Positions 60,206-64,000 of a stretch of 64,000 nt of DNA are shown in pieces. Numbering within the stretch: position 1 is the stretch's first letter; each line of letters begins with the position of its first letter. The notes under the pieces are model-generated. The model searched no databases. It saw only the letters and a list, made by a program, of their open reading frames with translations, and had not been told where the DNA came from. Both the position numbers and the translations under genes were made by a program. Origin of the DNA: a virus. The stretch is from the IMG/VR virus record IMGVR_UViG_3300012204_000008, positions 32,001-96,000 of that record; one strand, written 5' to 3'.

Positions 60206-60542
60206 CTCGGGAAATGGTCTAAACACAACCGTTCTCAGTATTTTGGTTTCCTTAATTATCGGTCTATTTGGTGGCGGGTCATTGGTTGCATTACTAAAAG
60301 TCAAAGTTGACAAGAATCAAATAGTGATTTCAGCAGCACAGGGGGCCGTCATCATACAGTCAGGGGTTATCGACGACTTACAAGAAGAACTTTCTCGCAT
60401 CAAAGTTAACCTAACAGAATGTCTTAATGAATTACACAAAGCAGAAAAAGAGATCAACCTCTTAAACAATAGTCTATACAAGGCAGAGCATGAGATTCAG
60501 GTTCTTCAACACCAGGTTACAGTTCTAGGTGGCGGACGATGA
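60171..60542 (+). CDS. Membrane-anchored coiled-coil protein (lysis-associated candidate)
   Basis: TM helix with GGG followed by heptad repeats. Confidence 0.6.
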   Translation: MEMISLLLLATSSGNGLNTTVLSILVSLIIGLFGGGSLVALLKVKVDKNQIVISAAQGAVIIQSGVIDDLQEELSRIKVNLTECLNELHKAEKEINLLNNSLYKAEHEIQVLQHQVTVLGGGR

Positions 60543-60805
60543 AACTCATTGACTCTTTCTTCCGACTCTTTAGAGGTAGATTTCTTCCCCTACCTATTAT
60601 TTCTAAGACGTTCTGGTACTATGAGGTCGGGGACGTAATCGTAGTCAAGACCAATGGAAAAGAGATAAAGTGCCGCATTGTTCACATGGCCCATGCTCCC
60701 GAAGCTGAAGAAATTGGGCCATTGCTCGTTATACCACCAGGAAGATGGTTTCTAATTTTAGAGTCAATAGAGAAAGAGAAAGAGAAAGAGGAAAAGAATA
60801 GCTAA
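60539..60805 (+). CDS. Hypothetical protein
   Basis: ATGA and TAATG couplings. Confidence 0.5.
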   Translation: MKLIDSFFRLFRGRFLPLPIISKTFWYYEVGDVIVVKTNGKEIKCRIVHMAHAPEAEEIGPLLVIPPGRWFLILESIEKEKEKEEKNS

Positions 60806-61188
60806 TGTGGGAATATAGGGCCTCGGTGCTTTCTGTCGTTGACGGCGACACACTTCGTACGTTATGGGATCAGGGCCGCCATACTTACGGGCAAGAAGAT
60901 GTTAGACTTTTGGATGTATGGGCACCAGAGCTACGCGAACCGGGAGGGCCAGAGACTAAGGAATTTGTTTCTTCTTGGTGTGCAGAGGCAGCTCGTGCAA
61001 ACTTTCCATTAACCCTACGATGGCCTATTCTTATACACACAGAAATTAATTCTCTCGTAGAGCCAGAGGAGAAACGAACTTTTACTAGATACGTTGCAGA
61101 TGTTTGGTTTATTGACAAGTCACGACATCTAAATGCAGATGTTCGTACCTTTTTACTTTCACACCCAGAATGGGGAAAAGGGGCATGA
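60805..61188 (+). CDS. Staphylococcal-nuclease (thermonuclease)-like protein
   Basis: VVDGDT, VRLLDVWAPE, TFTRYVADV. Confidence 0.8.
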   Translation: MWEYRASVLSVVDGDTLRTLWDQGRHTYGQEDVRLLDVWAPELREPGGPETKEFVSSWCAEAARANFPLTLRWPILIHTEINSLVEPEEKRTFTRYVADVWFIDKSRHLNADVRTFLLSHPEWGKGA

Positions 61189-61472
61189 CAGAAGAAAATA
61201 GACAAAGATATCTCAAAGCCGTACACGCTATGCAGTCTGGCGTAGCAATGAAAAAGGGACTCATGCATGGGGAGACGGATACGAAACATCTTCGTGTTGG
61301 CGTCAACTCAGCAATGTGTGACCATGCGGCGCTAGTACGGCTTCTCATGGAAAAAGGAATACTTACAAAAGAAGAATATACTAAAGCTGTAGCGGATGAA
61401 ATGGAGAGAGAAGTGGAAAGATATAAGAAAGAGTTGAAAGAACTACTAGGAGCAGAGGTAAATCTCGCATGA
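61185..61472 (+). CDS. Hypothetical phage protein (HAMQSGV...KHLRVG.N)
   Basis: ATGA couplings at both ends. Confidence 0.7.
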   Translation: MTEENRQRYLKAVHAMQSGVAMKKGLMHGETDTKHLRVGVNSAMCDHAALVRLLMEKGILTKEEYTKAVADEMEREVERYKKELKELLGAEVNLA

Positions 61473-61783
61473 ACGGTAGAACTACGGCAGATGTGTTGAT
61501 AACAGAAATTGAGAAACTACAAATTCTTTTGGCCAACGAAAAGGAAGAGAGGGAGAGAGTAGAGGCTCTTCTACAAGAGGCGGAAGAAGAGAGGGAGGGG
61601 GTAATTGACCGCACAAACGCTATTTATCTAAGGATTCATAATAGATACCATGAGAACGTTGCGATTGCAAAGCGGCTAACAGAGACCCTACCGCGTACTA
61701 GCCATAAACTAATTGCCTCTGAGACCCGTGTAGCCGTATTAGCCGATGTTTTAGGTGATCTTAAGGAGTTTTATGAGGGGTAA
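61469..61783 (+). CDS. Coiled-coil hypothetical protein
   Basis: GAGG SD, ATGA overlap. Confidence 0.6.
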   Translation: MNGRTTADVLITEIEKLQILLANEKEERERVEALLQEAEEEREGVIDRTNAIYLRIHNRYHENVAIAKRLTETLPRTSHKLIASETRVAVLADVLGDLKEFYEG

Positions 61784-62000
61784 AATTCCAGATAAGGGCG
61801 ATATTCTCACTGCTAGCTTTCCAACTGGCCTACAACTCCATTTCATTATCTACAATGTAATTGACCGAGGAGACAGTTGGACAATGGGAATTATCAGTGA
61901 CCCGGAGAATGACGAAAATTTTAATAGCAAGAACGACCTCAAATTAGGTGCATTAAAACATATCGAGAATGGATTATGGTCTGCAGAGATTTGTGAATGA
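61773..62000 (+). CDS. Hypothetical protein
   Basis: AAGGAG SD before ATG 61773; ATGA overlap downstream. Confidence 0.55.
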   Translation: MRGKIPDKGDILTASFPTGLQLHFIIYNVIDRGDSWTMGIISDPENDENFNSKNDLKLGALKHIENGLWSAEICE

Positions 62001-62215
62001 GAGAAAAGAGAGAAAAACTAATGGAGATTATGGGGAAGGTAGGAGATGAAGAGATGAAGGCTATTTCCTCTGCGAGAAAAGCTGTTATGGAAGCCTGGGT
62101 CTGTCCGTTATGTGATCACGAACATTTTGCTTTTCGCTGCGAAGAATACATTGACGGATACGGGGCGCCAGAGCAGTACTGCCACTGTCCGCCTAGATTT
62201 GTTGAGGGCTCATGA
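61997..62215 (+). CDS. Small Cys/His hypothetical protein
   Basis: CPLCDHEH...C...CHC; ATGA couplings. Confidence 0.55.
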   Translation: MREKREKLMEIMGKVGDEEMKAISSARKAVMEAWVCPLCDHEHFAFRCEEYIDGYGAPEQYCHCPPRFVEGS

Positions 62216-62871
62216 AGCTAAGGGCGAAAGACTTTAGCGTAACTGTAGTGATCCCTACGATTCCTGGCCGGGAAGAGAGACTTAAAGAGGCCCTAGAGTC
62301 TGTCTACGCCCAAACTCTTTCGCCTAATGATGTTGTCGTCTATAACGACGTACAGCGGCGAGGAGCTTGGTACGCGAGAAATTCTGCCTTACTCTCTGTA
62401 AAGACTTCATTTGTGGCGTATTTAGATGATGATGATAAATTCCTACCTGACCATTTAGAAACTTTAATTGGTACAGCCAAACTTCGCACCGATGCTGACA
62501 TGGTCTATTCCTACATGGAGATTATGGGATACTCACGGGATCCGCTAGCTTGTCCCGTTAATGGAAAACTCGTTCTTCCTCTCGGCGTTCCTTTTGGGAA
62601 AGAGCAAGAATTCCATCTGCGCTTCGTCGGTAACTTCATACCGGTCACATATCTCGTAAAAACGAATTACTGCCGTCTCGTTGGCGGTATGCCAGAGCCT
62701 TACTCTGCTGAATGGCCTAGATGCTGTGAAGATTGGGGCTTCCTAATTAGACTCTTAGACGCCGGTGCTAAATTCGTTCATATTCCGCGTCGTACGTGGA
62801 TTTACAACGTTCACTCGGACAATACTGGTGGTGGCTTCGCAGGACCAGACACCTTAATTTCGGATATGTAA
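62212..62871 (+). CDS. Glycosyltransferase family 2
   Basis: VVIPTIPGR, ARN, YLDDDD, CEDW. Confidence 0.85.
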   Translation: MKLRAKDFSVTVVIPTIPGREERLKEALESVYAQTLSPNDVVVYNDVQRRGAWYARNSALLSVKTSFVAYLDDDDKFLPDHLETLIGTAKLRTDADMVYSYMEIMGYSRDPLACPVNGKLVLPLGVPFGKEQEFHLRFVGNFIPVTYLVKTNYCRLVGGMPEPYSAEWPRCCEDWGFLIRLLDAGAKFVHIPRRTWIYNVHSDNTGGGFAGPDTLISDM

Positions 62872-62887
62872 GAAGAGAGGAAATGAG

Positions 62888-63358
62888 TTGAAAGAAGAGA
62901 ACTCTTCTAAGACTAAAAAGTGCAATATATGTGAAGCAATAAAAAATCTTGACGAGTATTACTTAATCAGTGGTACTCAAAAAACTAGAAGTGAGTGCAA
63001 AAAATGTAGTATTTCTCATGATAGAGAATACAGTAAAAAAGTTCGAAAAAAATATCCACTTCTTGAAGCCGAAAGAAGATTATTAAATAGAAAAAATACT
63101 GCAGATAAGGTTTTCTCACACTACGGAGAATTCTGCATTTGCTGCAATGAGAATAATAGGATTTTTCTTACTATAGATCATATGGAAAACAACGGCCACG
63201 AGCACAGGAAAGAAATACGAGGAAATGGTTTGGGGCATAATTTTTATTTATGGTTAATAAGGAATAACTTCCCAAATGAGTTTCAGACATTGTGTAGAAA
63301 TTGTAATTGGGGAAAGTTTAGAAACTATGGAGTTTGCCCCCATGAGGAAACGCTATGA
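62888..63358 (+). CDS. Free-standing HNH endonuclease
   Basis: CNIC...CKKC, CICC...LTIDH...LCRNCN...GVCPH; AT-rich; same family as 10849..11511. Confidence 0.85.
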   Translation: MKEENSSKTKKCNICEAIKNLDEYYLISGTQKTRSECKKCSISHDREYSKKVRKKYPLLEAERRLLNRKNTADKVFSHYGEFCICCNENNRIFLTIDHMENNGHEHRKEIRGNGLGHNFYLWLIRNNFPNEFQTLCRNCNWGKFRNYGVCPHEETL

Positions 63359-63939
63359 AAGATACTGTAACAGTTGTAATACCTACCATCCCTCCAAGGA
63401 CTAGACTTTTAGGTAGGGCCTTACTATCAGTTCTCAAACAGACTCATCCCTCTGATGCAATTTCTATCTCTATTGATAATGAACGGATTGGAGCTGCTGC
63501 GAATCGTAACAAAGCTTTAATGACAGTCAAAACAAAATGGACTTGTTTTTTAGACGATGATGATGAACTTTATAATTTTCATATAGAGAACTTATTGCAT
63601 GCAGTTATTGATGGTAATTTCGATTTATGTTACCCTTGGTTCGACATCAATGGGCCGGAGTCTGGGATTCGGGATCCTTGGGGCGCAGAAGGGAAACTTT
63701 TTGATCCTATTCGTATTCGCACTGAAACTTATATCCCAATTACAGTACTAGTACGGACCTCCTTGATCCAAGACGTCGGCGGTTTTGTGCCTCTGGGGCC
63801 TCCCTCTAATCCCTGCGAAGATCGAGGAGGCTGGATACGGCTACTAGATGCAGGGGCTAAGTTCGTGCACTTACCTCTGCGTACCTGGAATTGGAATTGG
63901 TGGGAAGGCAATACTTCAGGGCGCGCCGACGTGTGGTAA
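63355..63939 (+). CDS. Glycosyltransferase family 2 (paralog of 62212..62871)
   Basis: VVIPTIPPR, NRN, FLDDDD, CED, RLLDAGAKFVH shared with the upstream paralog. Confidence 0.85.
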   Translation: MKDTVTVVIPTIPPRTRLLGRALLSVLKQTHPSDAISISIDNERIGAAANRNKALMTVKTKWTCFLDDDDELYNFHIENLLHAVIDGNFDLCYPWFDINGPESGIRDPWGAEGKLFDPIRIRTETYIPITVLVRTSLIQDVGGFVPLGPPSNPCEDRGGWIRLLDAGAKFVHLPLRTWNWNWWEGNTSGRADVW

Positions 63940-63970
63940 GGTTCTTTTACTTTGTCTCTTGGAGGTTGAT

Positions 63971-64000
63971 ATGCTCTACGCACCTTATACGGTAGCCGTA
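63971..64000 (+). CDS. Possible start of the next gene (3' truncated)
   Basis: GGAGG 5 nt before ATG; only 10 codons visible. Confidence 0.3.
   Translation, partial: MLYAPYTVAV

Overview
The window is a large, almost entirely + strand segment of a tailed dsDNA phage (siphovirus-like). Its structural and lysis proteins resemble those of actinobacteriophages, but much of the DNA is unusually AT-rich for that group. Gene order: (1) recombination/replication genes (partial Sak4-like ATPase, SSB, primase-SF3 helicase, DnaE). (2) Interleaved with these, a candidate nucleotide-modification cluster: GmhB-like HAD, FAD oxidoreductase, HAD nucleotidase, DUF1599/Nmad1, Fe-S-less family-4 UDG, VOC-fold protein, SDR, and an active-site-variant ThyX carrying an HNH intein. 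(3) RuvC, terminases, portal, and a 2H-phosphoesterase/prohead-protease fusion. (4) Two capsid proteins, major tail, a secreted metallophosphatase and Ser/Thr/Gly/Pro repeat proteins. (5) Neck genes, a frameshifting tail chaperone, a tape measure whose apparent start is frame-broken, and minor tail genes. (6) Three lysis genes sharing a short helical tag. (7) A sugar biosynthesis/glycosyltransferase cluster, holin candidates, secreted cargo, an SNase, and GT2-HNH-GT2. I saw no tRNA, rRNA, CRISPR array or integrase. The strongest candidate new system is a ThyX-variant-centred pyrimidine hypermodification pathway, followed by a multi-subunit lysin and a methylated-sugar virion glycosylation cluster. 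All calls come from recognising motifs by eye; no searches were run.
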